Part shown: positions 45,942 to 56,050 of the stretch, piece after piece
Numbering within the stretch: position 1 is the first letter of the stretch
How the letters are laid out: each line of letters begins with the position of its first letter
From: an uncultured Myxococcales bacterium
GTDB lineage: Bacteria; Myxococcota_A; Polyangia; Polyangiales; Polyangiaceae
Reading direction: 5' to 3'
Length of the DNA stretch: 64,000 bases
Assembly: GCA_937872925.1 (NCBI GenBank)
Contig: CALMUT010000027.1
Coordinates: 6,763 to 70,762 of the forward strand
Program-made: the position numbers and the translations under genes
The notes under the pieces: model-generated
The model's database searches: none
Told to the model about the DNA's origin: nothing
What the model saw: the letters and a program-made list of their open reading frames with translations, nothing else

Positions 45942-46661
45942 TTACAGACGGATGCTGTAGGCGACGCTGAGGAGCACGCTGAATACGTCGTTCTGCCCGA
46001 CCAACGACGCCTCGTCACCGAGGGGGTCTGTCTGGGGAGTTTCCGGCAAAAACCAGCTTCCGTAGCGTAGGCCAGCGCCGACACTCCAGCGCGGGGCGAA
46101 CTGATAGGCCGCGCCCGTCGCGAGGCCAACGGTGTAGCCTTCGCTCCGGATCGTCACACCCCGGGGGCCGACCAGGGCGCGGTCGCTCTTGCCCTCGGTG
46201 GATTCGAAGCGATCACTGACAACGACGAGACCGCTCGTCAGGCCGAACCAGAATTCGAAGGGGTCTTCGGAATAGGGGTAGTAGCGCGCGATGGCTTCCA
46301 CGGTGAAGTAGCCGCGGGAGTGGTCTCGGGAGACGCCAGGAGGATCTTGGCGGGGCGCATCAGTGGTGGGGGTCAGCCCCAAGGTCACGCCTGCACCGAC
46401 GGCGAAGGTTGGGTGGGCGCGATAGAGTTGGAACGCGTCGAGTTCGAAACTGGAATCCCCTTTGGTGCAGCCGGCGATGTCTCGTTCCACGCACACCTCC
46501 GCAGCGGGCAAGACGAGCCAGCCCAGGCCAACCTCTGCCATGGCGCGCGGGCGGTCCGGCAGACCCTTATGATGAGCGTCTGCGTCGTCTGGTAACGGCT
46601 CGGTTTGCGCGTGGCTCTGCGCGGCCAGGGCGAGACAGGTCGCCAGGACGCGCGCTCTCAT
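45942..46661 (-). CDS. outer-membrane beta-barrel protein (OmpA-like barrel/porin family)
   Basis: Signal peptide MRARVLATCLALAAQSHAQ. Alternating beta-strand pattern with Gly/aromatic girdle residues. Its ATG overlaps the kinase stop (ATGA, 46658-46661). Confidence 0.6.
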   Translation of the reverse strand: MRARVLATCLALAAQSHAQTEPLPDDADAHHKGLPDRPRAMAEVGLGWLVLPAAEVCVERDIAGCTKGDSSFELDAFQLYRAHPTFAVGAGVTLGLTPTTDAPRQDPPGVSRDHSRGYFTVEAIARYYPYSEDPFEFWFGLTSGLVVVSDRFESTEGKSDRALVGPRGVTIRSEGYTVGLATGAAYQFAPRWSVGAGLRYGSWFLPETPQTDPLGDEASLVGQNDVFSVLLSVAYSIRL

Positions 46662-48622
46662 AACCAGCGTCCCCCGGCGGGCGCGCTTGCACTCGGCGCG
46701 ACCCGGGCGTCGCTCTCGCCGGCGTCAACGGCACCCACGGGTTTCGGCCCTCCGGGACGTCCCTTCGGCGGGGGCCGGACCGCGCCCCCCGGCGCTTTCT
46801 CCGCGGCCTTACTCGGCAGGGTGCTTGCGCGCAGTATGAGCTGCGCCGCTTCGTTTTCGGGATCCAGCGCCAGGGCCCGCTGTGCCAAGTCTTGAGCGCG
46901 TGGCGGATCCACGCCGCGGGCGGCCTCTGCTGCGAGTCGCAGGCGATCCGCAGCGTTGCGACGCACGCGCAGCAGCGCAGGGTTTCCCGGATGCCGTCGC
47001 AGCGCCGTATCGGTGATTTCGCGCACGTTGTCGCCCACTGGCGCATCATACGCCCCGCGCTCGAACGCCGCATGGGCTCGCGCGATATCGCGGTCTACTG
47101 CGGTTTGTTTGTCGCCAAAGACCCCCATTTGCCGCGCCGCAAAGAACGCGAGTATGCCGCCGAGCACAAAGCAGATCAGGATCAGCGGCGCGCGCGACCG
47201 CTCCAGGGGTGGCGGAGGCACGGACTCTGGAAGCTCGTCGTATGAGCGCTGCGGCTCAGGCACAGACGTTGGACCGGGATCGCTGAGGGTGGGGATGCTC
47301 GGCCGTGACTCCGGGCCCGGGCGCGTCGGGGCGTCTTGGCTGTTCGGTGCGCCCTCGTCAGAATCAGAAAGGGTGGGCTCAATGCCGGACCGCGAATCGA
47401 CTTGTGTCTCAGTCGCAGCGTCGATTTCGGTTTCTGGGGTGGCGTCGCGTGCCCGAGGCTCGGTGGCGCTGCTGCCGCTCGGGTCGATCACTTCCGTATG
47501 GCCGCTCCCGCCACGGAGCTTTTGTTCCAAGGACTCAGACAGGGGCAGCGCCTTGGTGCGCTGGATGCTTTCTAGGCTCAACGTGCCCTTGCTCATGAGT
47601 GTCGAGCGAACCATGAGCTCGTCGGGAGAAAGCCCTGACTTGCGCGCGGCGGTCACCAACATGCGTCCGAGCACTCGGGCGTTCTCCGCCCGCTTTGCCG
47701 GATCTTTCGCCAAATTCTGCATCACCACGTCCGCGATGGGCTTGGGCACGTAGCTGGCTCGCTCGATATCCGTGAGCTGCGGCGGCGGTTCGTTGGTGTG
47801 TTTGATCAGGATCCCGACCGGGCTGTCCGCGTCAAAGGGTGGCGAGCCACTCAGGCACTGAAACAGCATCACGGCGATGCTGTAGACGTCGCTGGCTGCA
47901 GTGACTTGCTTGCCTTGGGCGCCTTCGGGAGAAATGTAGCGCGCGGTTCCGAAGATGACGCCCGCCTGGGTGGCCACGGTATTGTCCGCCCAATCGATGC
48001 GAGCCACGCCAAAGTCGAGTACTTTGACGAAGTCTGGGTCGTCCCCCCGTCGCACGAGCATGACGTTTTCGGGCTTGAGATCTCGGTGCACGACGCCTTG
48101 ACTGTGCCCTTCGCCAACCGCGTCGCAGACCTGGAGCATCACATGCAGCGCACGTGGCAGCGGCAGGGATCCGCCTTCGGCGCCAAGGGCGGATCGTAGG
48201 GAGATGCCGTCCAAGTACTCCATCACGAGATACGCTTCACCGCCGATGTCGGCGCTGTGTTTTTCGACCTCGCCCGTCATCAGGACTTGCACGACATTGG
48301 GATGCGACAGGCGACTCGCCACTTTCGCTTCGCGCAAGAAACGTGCTTTCACCGTCGGATTGCGCAGCAGTTCCCGGTGGAGGATCTTCACCGCCACGTC
48401 GCGATCGATGCCACGCTGATGTGCGCGATAGACGCGCCCCATGGCACCAATGCCGATCAATTGCTGTAGGGACAGTTGATCGGCCAGCCGGATGCCGACG
48501 TAGGGATCGTCGAGTCCTTGGGTCTTCCGACCAGACAGCGGAGTGCCATCTTTTGGGCAAAAGATGACATCGTCGTCATATCGCTGGCCGCAGGCCGAGC
48601 AAACTTTGGTCAGCGGGGTCAT
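46658..48622 (-). CDS. Ser/Thr protein kinase with N-terminal zinc ribbon, TM segment and TPR-like C-terminus
   Basis: CSACGQRYDDDVIFCPKDG; GAMGRVY, VAVKIL, HRDLKPENVM, DFGVAR, SPEG; TM LILICFVLGGILAFFAA. Confidence 0.9.
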   Translation of the reverse strand: MTPLTKVCSACGQRYDDDVIFCPKDGTPLSGRKTQGLDDPYVGIRLADQLSLQQLIGIGAMGRVYRAHQRGIDRDVAVKILHRELLRNPTVKARFLREAKVASRLSHPNVVQVLMTGEVEKHSADIGGEAYLVMEYLDGISLRSALGAEGGSLPLPRALHVMLQVCDAVGEGHSQGVVHRDLKPENVMLVRRGDDPDFVKVLDFGVARIDWADNTVATQAGVIFGTARYISPEGAQGKQVTAASDVYSIAVMLFQCLSGSPPFDADSPVGILIKHTNEPPPQLTDIERASYVPKPIADVVMQNLAKDPAKRAENARVLGRMLVTAARKSGLSPDELMVRSTLMSKGTLSLESIQRTKALPLSESLEQKLRGGSGHTEVIDPSGSSATEPRARDATPETEIDAATETQVDSRSGIEPTLSDSDEGAPNSQDAPTRPGPESRPSIPTLSDPGPTSVPEPQRSYDELPESVPPPPLERSRAPLILICFVLGGILAFFAARQMGVFGDKQTAVDRDIARAHAAFERGAYDAPVGDNVREITDTALRRHPGNPALLRVRRNAADRLRLAAEAARGVDPPRAQDLAQRALALDPENEAAQLILRASTLPSKAAEKAPGGAVRPPPKGRPGGPKPVGAVDAGESDARVAPSASAPAGGRWL

Positions 48623-48850
48623 GCTGCGTGGGTGTCGCCGGGTGGCCTCAGGCTAGCAGGCCGGACCCGGGCGCAGAAATCCGAGGCGGGCGCAGGGGAC
48701 AAACCTGCCGTCCCGCGCCCGGATCTGCGCTTTCTTGCGCCCAGACGTCATGCTGCGGCCCAAAGGGCACTCACTTCGGGTCCCCGTCTGGTCTAGTCTC
48801 CAGCCCGACGTGCTGCCCACGAATTTGCTCCCCGCATTGCGCTCATTCTC

Positions 48851-49219
48851 GTGCCCCCGGTGCCCTTGGTCGTCCCCAGCGGCGTAATTTTGGCAATGAT
48901 TGCGCGCTATTCGCCTGGCCTCTTGTTTGCTCAGGACGGGCGCGGCCCCCTGGTGTATCTGCTGCGCGCCACGTGCATCGTCAACGTGGGCCTCCGTGTC
49001 TCCAACATGCTCCCCAGTCTTTCCCTCGATGGCGGCCGCCTCTTGCGGCGGAACCTGGATCGATCGCAAAAAATGCTAGCACCGATGTCATTACTCCTAC
49101 CGCTGCTCGTGCTTTATTCGGACACGCTGCGCTTGGGCTTGATTGAGACTTCGGTGACGCTTGGGACCGCGCTGCCGAAAATGGCGTCGGCCTTGACCGT
49201 CTGGGGAAGGCTTTCGTGA
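48851..49219 (+). pseudogene. degenerate site-2 protease (peptidase M50) family remnant, coupled to scpA
   Basis: NMLPSLSLDGGRLL matches the M50 NxxPxxxLDG motif. In-frame upstream codons (after the stop at 48794) read AAHEFAPRIAL, i.e. HExxH degraded to HEFAP with no start codon. A 45-codon ORF from ATG 48750 (MLRPKGHSLRVPVW...) in another frame may be the displaced N-terminus. The end overlaps the scpA GTG (GTGA). Confidence 0.45.
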
Positions 49220-50218
49220 GCGAGCAGCCCCACGCCACGGACGCCGCGCAGACCGAGCCCGCGGGCCCGGAGTTGGCGAAGACGAGCGCTGCGGCCTCGG
49301 ACGAGGTCTCGCTGCCGCGCGGTGGCGTGAGCTACACGGTCCAGCTGCCCAACTTCGAAGGGCCCCTCGACCTCCTGCTGCACCTGATCCAGCAACATGA
49401 ACTGGACATTCTCGACATCCCCATCGCTTTCATCACCGAGAAGTACGTTGACTACATCCTGTTGATGCAGGAACTGAATATCGACATTGCGAGCGAGTAT
49501 CTGGTGATGGCCGCGACTTTGGCGCACATCAAATCCAAGACGCTTCTGCCGGTGTCCCCGGACGACCAGGATGACGTGGATGAACCGGAATTGGATCCGC
49601 GTTCCGAGCTCGTGCGCCGGCTGCTGGAGTATCAGAAGTACAAGCTGGTTGCGGAGCAGCTCTCGGAACGTTCGGTATTCGGTCGAGACGTCTTTTCCCG
49701 GGGCCAACCAGCGGCACAGGCCGAGGGCACCGCGCCCTTGGCGCCCGTGAGCCTATTTAAGCTGCTGGACGCCTTTCAAGGCGTGTTGACGCGGGCGAAA
49801 ACCGTCATCGATCACGAAATCGAGCTCGACCGCTTCTCGATCACCGATCGCATCAACCAGTTGGCGGATCGCCTCCGCGAACGTTCGCGGCTCAGTTTCG
49901 AAGAGCTGTTTGAGGGACAACGCAGTCGCGCAGATCTGATTGTCACGTTCCTAGCGCTGCTTGAGATGACGCGGCTACGTATGACGCGCCTGCTTCAGGA
50001 GAGTGCGCTGGCTCCCATCGTCATCGAGTTGGCCGTCAGCGATGACGAATCTGTCGAGCCGCCCCAGCAGACATCGACGCAACCAGGGGATGCCTTCACG
50101 CCTTCACAGGATCCGCATCCGGAGCAATCAGCGGATGCTGACGCCTCCGCGGCGGCAGAGGGCGAGCCTTTAGTGACGGAATTGATAACGAACGGCGACG
50201 TGGAGTTGGATTCAAGCG

Positions 50219-50226
<8 letters not shown>
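49216..50226 (+). CDS. scpA: segregation and condensation protein A
   Basis: LPNFEGPLDLLLHLIQQHELDILDIPIAFITEKY, YLVMAATLAHIKSKTLLP. Confidence 0.9.
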
Positions 50227-51328
<1,102 letters not shown>

Positions 51329-51340
51329 ACGTGCGGCGCG

Positions 51341-51673
51341 CTAGCCGTCGATGGGGTCGGCGTAGTCTTTGCTGAGGGCGAGTGCCGCGTCGAAGAGCGC
51401 GGGATGTGCGACCAGCTTACGGAGCAGGGTCCAGAGCTCCGGATCCGCCAGGCGCTCGGGTCCCGTTGGCTGTTTGGATTTCGGTCGCTTTGGAAATGCG
51501 CTCGCGCCCTGCGCTTCGAGTTCGCGGAGCTTTTCGACGTATTGCTTGGTTGGGAATTTCTCACCCGACTCCCAGGCGAAGACGGTTTTGTCGTCCACGC
51601 CCAGGGCTCCGGCGAGCTGCCGGGCGGTTGCGCCCAGCGCCTTGCGGACCCTTTGAACTTCTTCCGGAGACAC
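51341..51673 (-). CDS. XRE-family helix-turn-helix protein
   Basis: VRKALGATARQLAGALGVDDKTVFAWESGEKFP. Typical HTH_XRE. Confidence 0.7.
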   Translation of the reverse strand: MSPEEVQRVRKALGATARQLAGALGVDDKTVFAWESGEKFPTKQYVEKLRELEAQGASAFPKRPKSKQPTGPERLADPELWTLLRKLVAHPALFDAALALSKDYADPIDG

Positions 51674-51773
51674 GGTCCGACACGCTAGCCGAAGTCGGAC
51701 TGCGGCGTCTGCTAGCGACGCGATCCGGCTAGAAAATCACGAAACTGGAGGCTGCGGAGACCGACAGCTCCCC

Positions 51774-53213
51774 ATGCGACAGCTCTGCCTTGCAGCCGCG
51801 GTCCTGGCAACCGCGTGCGCGCCCGAAGTTGGTTCCGATCCGCCGCGCGCGAACCCGCCCAGCGTGACCATCGAACCGAGCGCGCCCCTTGATGCGGTCC
51901 CGGCGGTGGTGCGGATCACAGTGGCGGGACATCCTGCCGAGGAGATCGCCCTGTTCACGGGAGAACTGTCGGAGTATCACTCCGGGCGCTTGCGCCGAGG
52001 CGACCTGCCCAAGACCCTCGTCGACCGCATCGTGCCAGCGATCACCTATGCCACGCCAACGGGCGCTGTGCTGGCGCCTGCGCGGGCGCTGACCGGCTTG
52101 GCCCGTTACACCCTGGGCGCGCTTGGGGTCGGCACCTTCGCGGTGATCCAGGTACGCCCCGAAGGGCCGCCGCTGCTTTCGCGGCGTTGGCCGATGCCGG
52201 ACGCAGCGGCGGACACCGGTCTGGCGGTGTACTGCGCCTACGACCCGTTGGTCCCGGACGGCTTCTGGGAGCAGGTAGTGCTGCAACCCGGGTCGGTGCG
52301 CGCCGAGGTCCGGGCGGGCGCCGGCAGCTCAAGCGTGCTGCCGCGGCATTGCCTAAGCCTACGTTTCGAAACCCAAGCAGAGGCGGATCTCGTGCCTCCG
52401 CCGGAAATCGCAGGGCTGGTCCTGGACCCTTCTCCCTTGCTGCTCCGCGAGCAGCAGAGCCCACCGCATCTGCCTTGTCCCGCGGATTGGCAGGTGCTCA
52501 GCGTTGGCTGTCTCCAGGTACAAGATGATCGCGTGACCTATCGTTCCGCGTATGGTCCCGCCGCGATCGCTCTCGAGAGCCCGGGGGTCGGCGCGGTGGT
52601 TGCCGTGCAGCCCGGCGAAGAAGCGACCATTAAGGGCTTCACGCCTGGCAGCTCCGCGCAGCTGCACGTTTTTGAAGTGGCCACGGGAGTGGCACAGCAG
52701 GAAAGCTCTCTGATCGTGCACATGGCCGCAGCGACGGCGCATCCGCTGCTCAGCGAAGTGTACGCAAACGCCGTCGGCCCGGAACCGCAACAAGAGTGGA
52801 TCGAAATCTACAACGACGGGCTCGCCGCCTGGGCCATGTCCGGCGCCGTCTTGCAGGACGCCGGCGGCAAGATCGACCTGCCTCAGGCAGAGCTCGCTCC
52901 TGGCGCGTTTTCCCTCATCGTCAACGAATCTTACGAACCCAATTCGCTGACCGATCTGCCACCCGCGGCCGGAACGCTCCTAGTGCGCGTGCCGGATTTG
53001 GGCACCAATGGCTTGTCCAACGCTGGCGAACCCCTGGTCCTATTCGACCCGGCCGGCGGGCTCTTGTCGAGATTCCCCAGTCTAAAACACAGCAAACAGG
53101 GCGTGAGTGCGGCACGGCGTCCGGGGACGGTCTCTCACGCGCCAGGCGACTTCGGCCTGTCCAGCGACCCGGGCGCAAGCCCCGGTGCACCGAATCTGGT
53201 CGAAGCGCCGTGA
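51774..53213 (+). CDS. lipoprotein with C-terminal lamin-tail-domain (LTD)-like region
   Basis: MRQLCLAAAVLATAC lipobox. LLSEVYANAVGPEPQQEWIEIYNDG...GAVLQDAGG...SLIVNE resembles the LTD signature. Confidence 0.6.
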   Translation: MRQLCLAAAVLATACAPEVGSDPPRANPPSVTIEPSAPLDAVPAVVRITVAGHPAEEIALFTGELSEYHSGRLRRGDLPKTLVDRIVPAITYATPTGAVLAPARALTGLARYTLGALGVGTFAVIQVRPEGPPLLSRRWPMPDAAADTGLAVYCAYDPLVPDGFWEQVVLQPGSVRAEVRAGAGSSSVLPRHCLSLRFETQAEADLVPPPEIAGLVLDPSPLLLREQQSPPHLPCPADWQVLSVGCLQVQDDRVTYRSAYGPAAIALESPGVGAVVAVQPGEEATIKGFTPGSSAQLHVFEVATGVAQQESSLIVHMAAATAHPLLSEVYANAVGPEPQQEWIEIYNDGLAAWAMSGAVLQDAGGKIDLPQAELAPGAFSLIVNESYEPNSLTDLPPAAGTLLVRVPDLGTNGLSNAGEPLVLFDPAGGLLSRFPSLKHSKQGVSAARRPGTVSHAPGDFGLSSDPGASPGAPNLVEAP

Positions 53214-53236
53214 AAGGACGACTACCAGACAGAACA

Positions 53237-54601
53237 CTAGTTGCCCGCGATCGTCATCTTCGAAATACGCAAAGTCGGTGATGCGGTGCTTGTCTTGAAT
53301 TCCAGGTCGTCGCCTACGGCATCGATGTTCTTGAGCATGTCGTCGAGATTGGAAGAGACGGTGACCTCGCTGACCGGGAAGGCGCGCTTGCCGTCCTCAA
53401 TCCAAAACCCAGCGGCGCCGCGGGAGTAATCTCCGGTGATCGCGTTGAAGCCGAAGCCCATCATCTCCGTGACGTAGAGCCCCTGCTTCACGCCACGGAT
53501 CACGTCCTCGGGGGTCGATTTGCCGGCTTCCAGGTAGCAATTGGTTGTGGATGGGCCAATGCCTCCACCACGGCGGGAGGCGCTCGCAGTGGAACGCAGC
53601 TTCAATTTGCGCGCGCTGTAGCAGTCCAGCAAATAGGTCTTGAGTGTTCCTCGTTCAACAATGACGTTTTTCTGGGAAGGCAGTCCTTCGCCGTCGAAAG
53701 CGCGGGACCCCGGGCCTCGTGGACGCAGTGGGTCGTCAACCACCGTGACGAGATCGCTCGCGACTTGGGTGTCCTGTCGATCGACCAGGTAGCTGGATTT
53801 GCGCCAGATGGCGCTGCCTGTGGCGCAACCGACGAGGGTTCCGATCAAGCCACGCGCCACGTCCGGGTCAAACACGACGGGCACTTCGCAAGTGTCTACT
53901 TTTCGGGCTCCGAGTTTGGCCAGCGTGCGTTTCGCCGCCTCGATCCCCACCGCTTCCTCGCTCTCCATCGAGGAGAGGTGGCGCCCGGCGGTCCAATAGT
54001 AGCCGCGCCGCCGCTTGCCACCGGCATCTTCGGCGACTGGCGTGACCACGAGTGACGCATAGGATCCGATTTGTTCGCCGACGAAGCCGGAGCTCAGTAC
54101 CAGCACGCTCTTGCCGGACACACGCGAAAACGTAGCGCCTTCGCTAAGGGAAAGCCGTGGGTCAAATGCCAGTGCTGTCTTCTCGGCGGCAACGGCCCGG
54201 CGCAGGGCTTCGTCGGCGCGAATGTTCGCAACTTCTTCGCTGTAGAGGTCCAAGTCTGCGAAGGGGCCCTTGGCCAGGCGCTCGGGATCGGCGGGCCCGG
54301 CGCATGGGTCCGGCTCTGTGAGATCCAAGAGCTCCAAAGCGTCGCTCACGCAGCGGGCCAGACCGGTTTCGGATAGGTCGCTCGTGGAGGTGACCGCGAC
54401 GCGTTGATCTCGCAGGACTCGCAGGGAAACCCCGCGACTGCCGGCTTCTTCCACCAACTCCGGCTCACCGAGGCGGATTTTCGCTGAGAGTTCCCAACCT
54501 TCGCTGGCGCTGGCTTCGGCGACGTCGGCGCCGCCTTTGCGGGCGTCCTCAACGAGTCTGTGGGCTAGAGCGGAAAGATCCTGCGCGTCGTTGGTGCTCA
54601 T
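53237..54601 (-). CDS. pmbA: TldD/PmbA family metalloprotease component
   Basis: Start at ATG 54601 (MSTNDAQDLSALAHRLVEDARKGGADVAEASASEGWELSAKIRLGE). C-terminal GDYSRGAAGFWIEDGKRAFPVSEVT. Confidence 0.8.
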   Translation of the reverse strand: MSTNDAQDLSALAHRLVEDARKGGADVAEASASEGWELSAKIRLGEPELVEEAGSRGVSLRVLRDQRVAVTSTSDLSETGLARCVSDALELLDLTEPDPCAGPADPERLAKGPFADLDLYSEEVANIRADEALRRAVAAEKTALAFDPRLSLSEGATFSRVSGKSVLVLSSGFVGEQIGSYASLVVTPVAEDAGGKRRRGYYWTAGRHLSSMESEEAVGIEAAKRTLAKLGARKVDTCEVPVVFDPDVARGLIGTLVGCATGSAIWRKSSYLVDRQDTQVASDLVTVVDDPLRPRGPGSRAFDGEGLPSQKNVIVERGTLKTYLLDCYSARKLKLRSTASASRRGGGIGPSTTNCYLEAGKSTPEDVIRGVKQGLYVTEMMGFGFNAITGDYSRGAAGFWIEDGKRAFPVSEVTVSSNLDDMLKNIDAVGDDLEFKTSTASPTLRISKMTIAGN

Positions 54602-54635
54602 GGGGCCACCACCCTGTTGTCGGGGCTGTGCGCTG

Positions 54636-55271
54636 TCAATCCCGGGAAACCGCTGCGTGGTGTCTGCGAATGCCGCGCGCCGTGAGTGCGACCCCCACCG
54701 CGACAATGGAGAAGAGCCAGAGCAGCGCGTAGCCGAGGGGACTGCCGGCGACGGGCCGTACCCCGAAGTCATCGTGAAATTGCGTGTAGCTGGCGACGCG
54801 TCCCAATCGCGCCGATCCGACCAGCAGCAAGGCGGCGATGCTGCCCAGAGTGAGCGCGAATAACTGCCACAGCAGTCTGGGTCGCCGGGACCAGGACAGG
54901 GCCCGTGCGCAGACGACCCCCAAGACGGGGCCGCAGGCGCTGCCAAGTGCCAGCAGGGCCGGAAAAAAGCCGGGCAATCGCCGCGAATCGACGCGATAGG
55001 ACAGGCACCAGTCCGGGGATAGGGCAAACAGAAATGCCGTGGTCGGTCCCAGCAGGACGGCTCCGAAGCAGGCTGCTAGGACTACATCCCTACTCTCAGT
55101 GGTTGAGCCGCGTTCCCCGCTGGCGATGCGCGCGAGGCCAAGGCCAATCACGAAGCCAAGCAGGGGAAAAACGAGAGCCGGCATGGCGACGACGAGAAAA
55201 GCACTTCTGAGCGCCCAAGAAAAGTGGGACAAGCGATCCTGCGGCGGATCGCGACTTAAGCCGAGGTACAC
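54636..55271 (-). CDS. hypothetical polytopic membrane protein
   Basis: Several hydrophobic segments. The start is uncertain (ATG 55184, MPALVFPLL, is an alternative). Confidence 0.5.
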   Translation of the reverse strand: MYLGLSRDPPQDRLSHFSWALRSAFLVVAMPALVFPLLGFVIGLGLARIASGERGSTTESRDVVLAACFGAVLLGPTTAFLFALSPDWCLSYRVDSRRLPGFFPALLALGSACGPVLGVVCARALSWSRRPRLLWQLFALTLGSIAALLLVGSARLGRVASYTQFHDDFGVRPVAGSPLGYALLWLFSIVAVGVALTARGIRRHHAAVSRD

Positions 55272-55279
55272 AGACTCCG

Positions 55280-56050
55280 ATGGATGAAGATTCGATCAAA
55301 CGGCTGTTGGCTCGTGTGCAAGCGGGCGAGCTGGACGTTGGCAAAGCAGTTGCCGAATTGCGTAGTTTGCCCTTCGCGGACTTGGGGTACGCCCGCGTGG
55401 ATCACCACCGCGCACTGCGCCAGGGGTTGCCCGAGGTGGTGTTGGGGGAGGGGAAGCAGACGGAACACATCATCGGGATCGCCGAACGACTCATCGAGTC
55501 CGGTCAAAACGTATTGATCACGCGCGTTGCTCCGGCGGTTGCGGAAGCGGTGCGAGAGCGCGTGCCGGCGCTGCAGTTTGCGGCGGTGGCCCGAGTGCTC
55601 AGCTTCGAGCACGCCCCAGTGGTCCCAAAGCAGATGCGCCCAGTCGCGGTGGTTACCGCGGGCACTAGTGACTTGCCGGTTGCAGAAGAGGCCACCGAGA
55701 CTTTGCGCATGGCGGGAGTGCCCTTTGAGCGCTTGGTGGATGTTGGCGTTGCGGGGATCCACCGTTTGTTCAGCGGTCTCGACTCCCTTTCAACAGCGCC
55801 AGCGGTGATCGTCGTCGCCGGAATGGAAGGAGCACTGCCAAGCGTGGTCGGCGGCTTGATTGCGGGTCCCGTGATCGCCGTCCCGACGTCCATTGGTTAC
55901 GGCACGGCGCTCGGTGGCTTCGCAGCTCTATTCGGCATGCTCACGGGCTGCGCCGCAGGAGTCACGGTGGTGAATATCGACAACGGCTTTGGTGCCGCGA
56001 TGGCCGTGGTGCGCTACGTCCGGGCATTGGAGATGGCGAGCCAAGCATGA
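55280..56050 (+). CDS. larB: nickel-pincer cofactor biosynthesis protein LarB (PurE-like carboxylase/hydrolase)
   Basis: VDHHRALRQGLPEVVLGEGK, VVTAGTSDLPVAEEA, VVAGMEGALPSVVGGL, VNIDNGFGAA. Confidence 0.8.
   Translation: MDEDSIKRLLARVQAGELDVGKAVAELRSLPFADLGYARVDHHRALRQGLPEVVLGEGKQTEHIIGIAERLIESGQNVLITRVAPAVAEAVRERVPALQFAAVARVLSFEHAPVVPKQMRPVAVVTAGTSDLPVAEEATETLRMAGVPFERLVDVGVAGIHRLFSGLDSLSTAPAVIVVAGMEGALPSVVGGLIAGPVIAVPTSIGYGTALGGFAALFGMLTGCAAGVTVVNIDNGFGAAMAVVRYVRALEMASQA

Noticed and set aside
48628-49146. 172-aa plus-strand ORF overlapping the M50 remnant.
   Set aside because: The translation is Pro/Arg/Cys/Ser-rich without motifs. The other frame carries the NxxPxxxLDG protease motif and is coupled to scpA.
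53237-54601. PmbA without an adjacent TldD, considered as an unusual orphan.
   Set aside because: pmbA and tldD are unlinked in many genomes, e.g. Escherichia coli, so this is not informative on its own.
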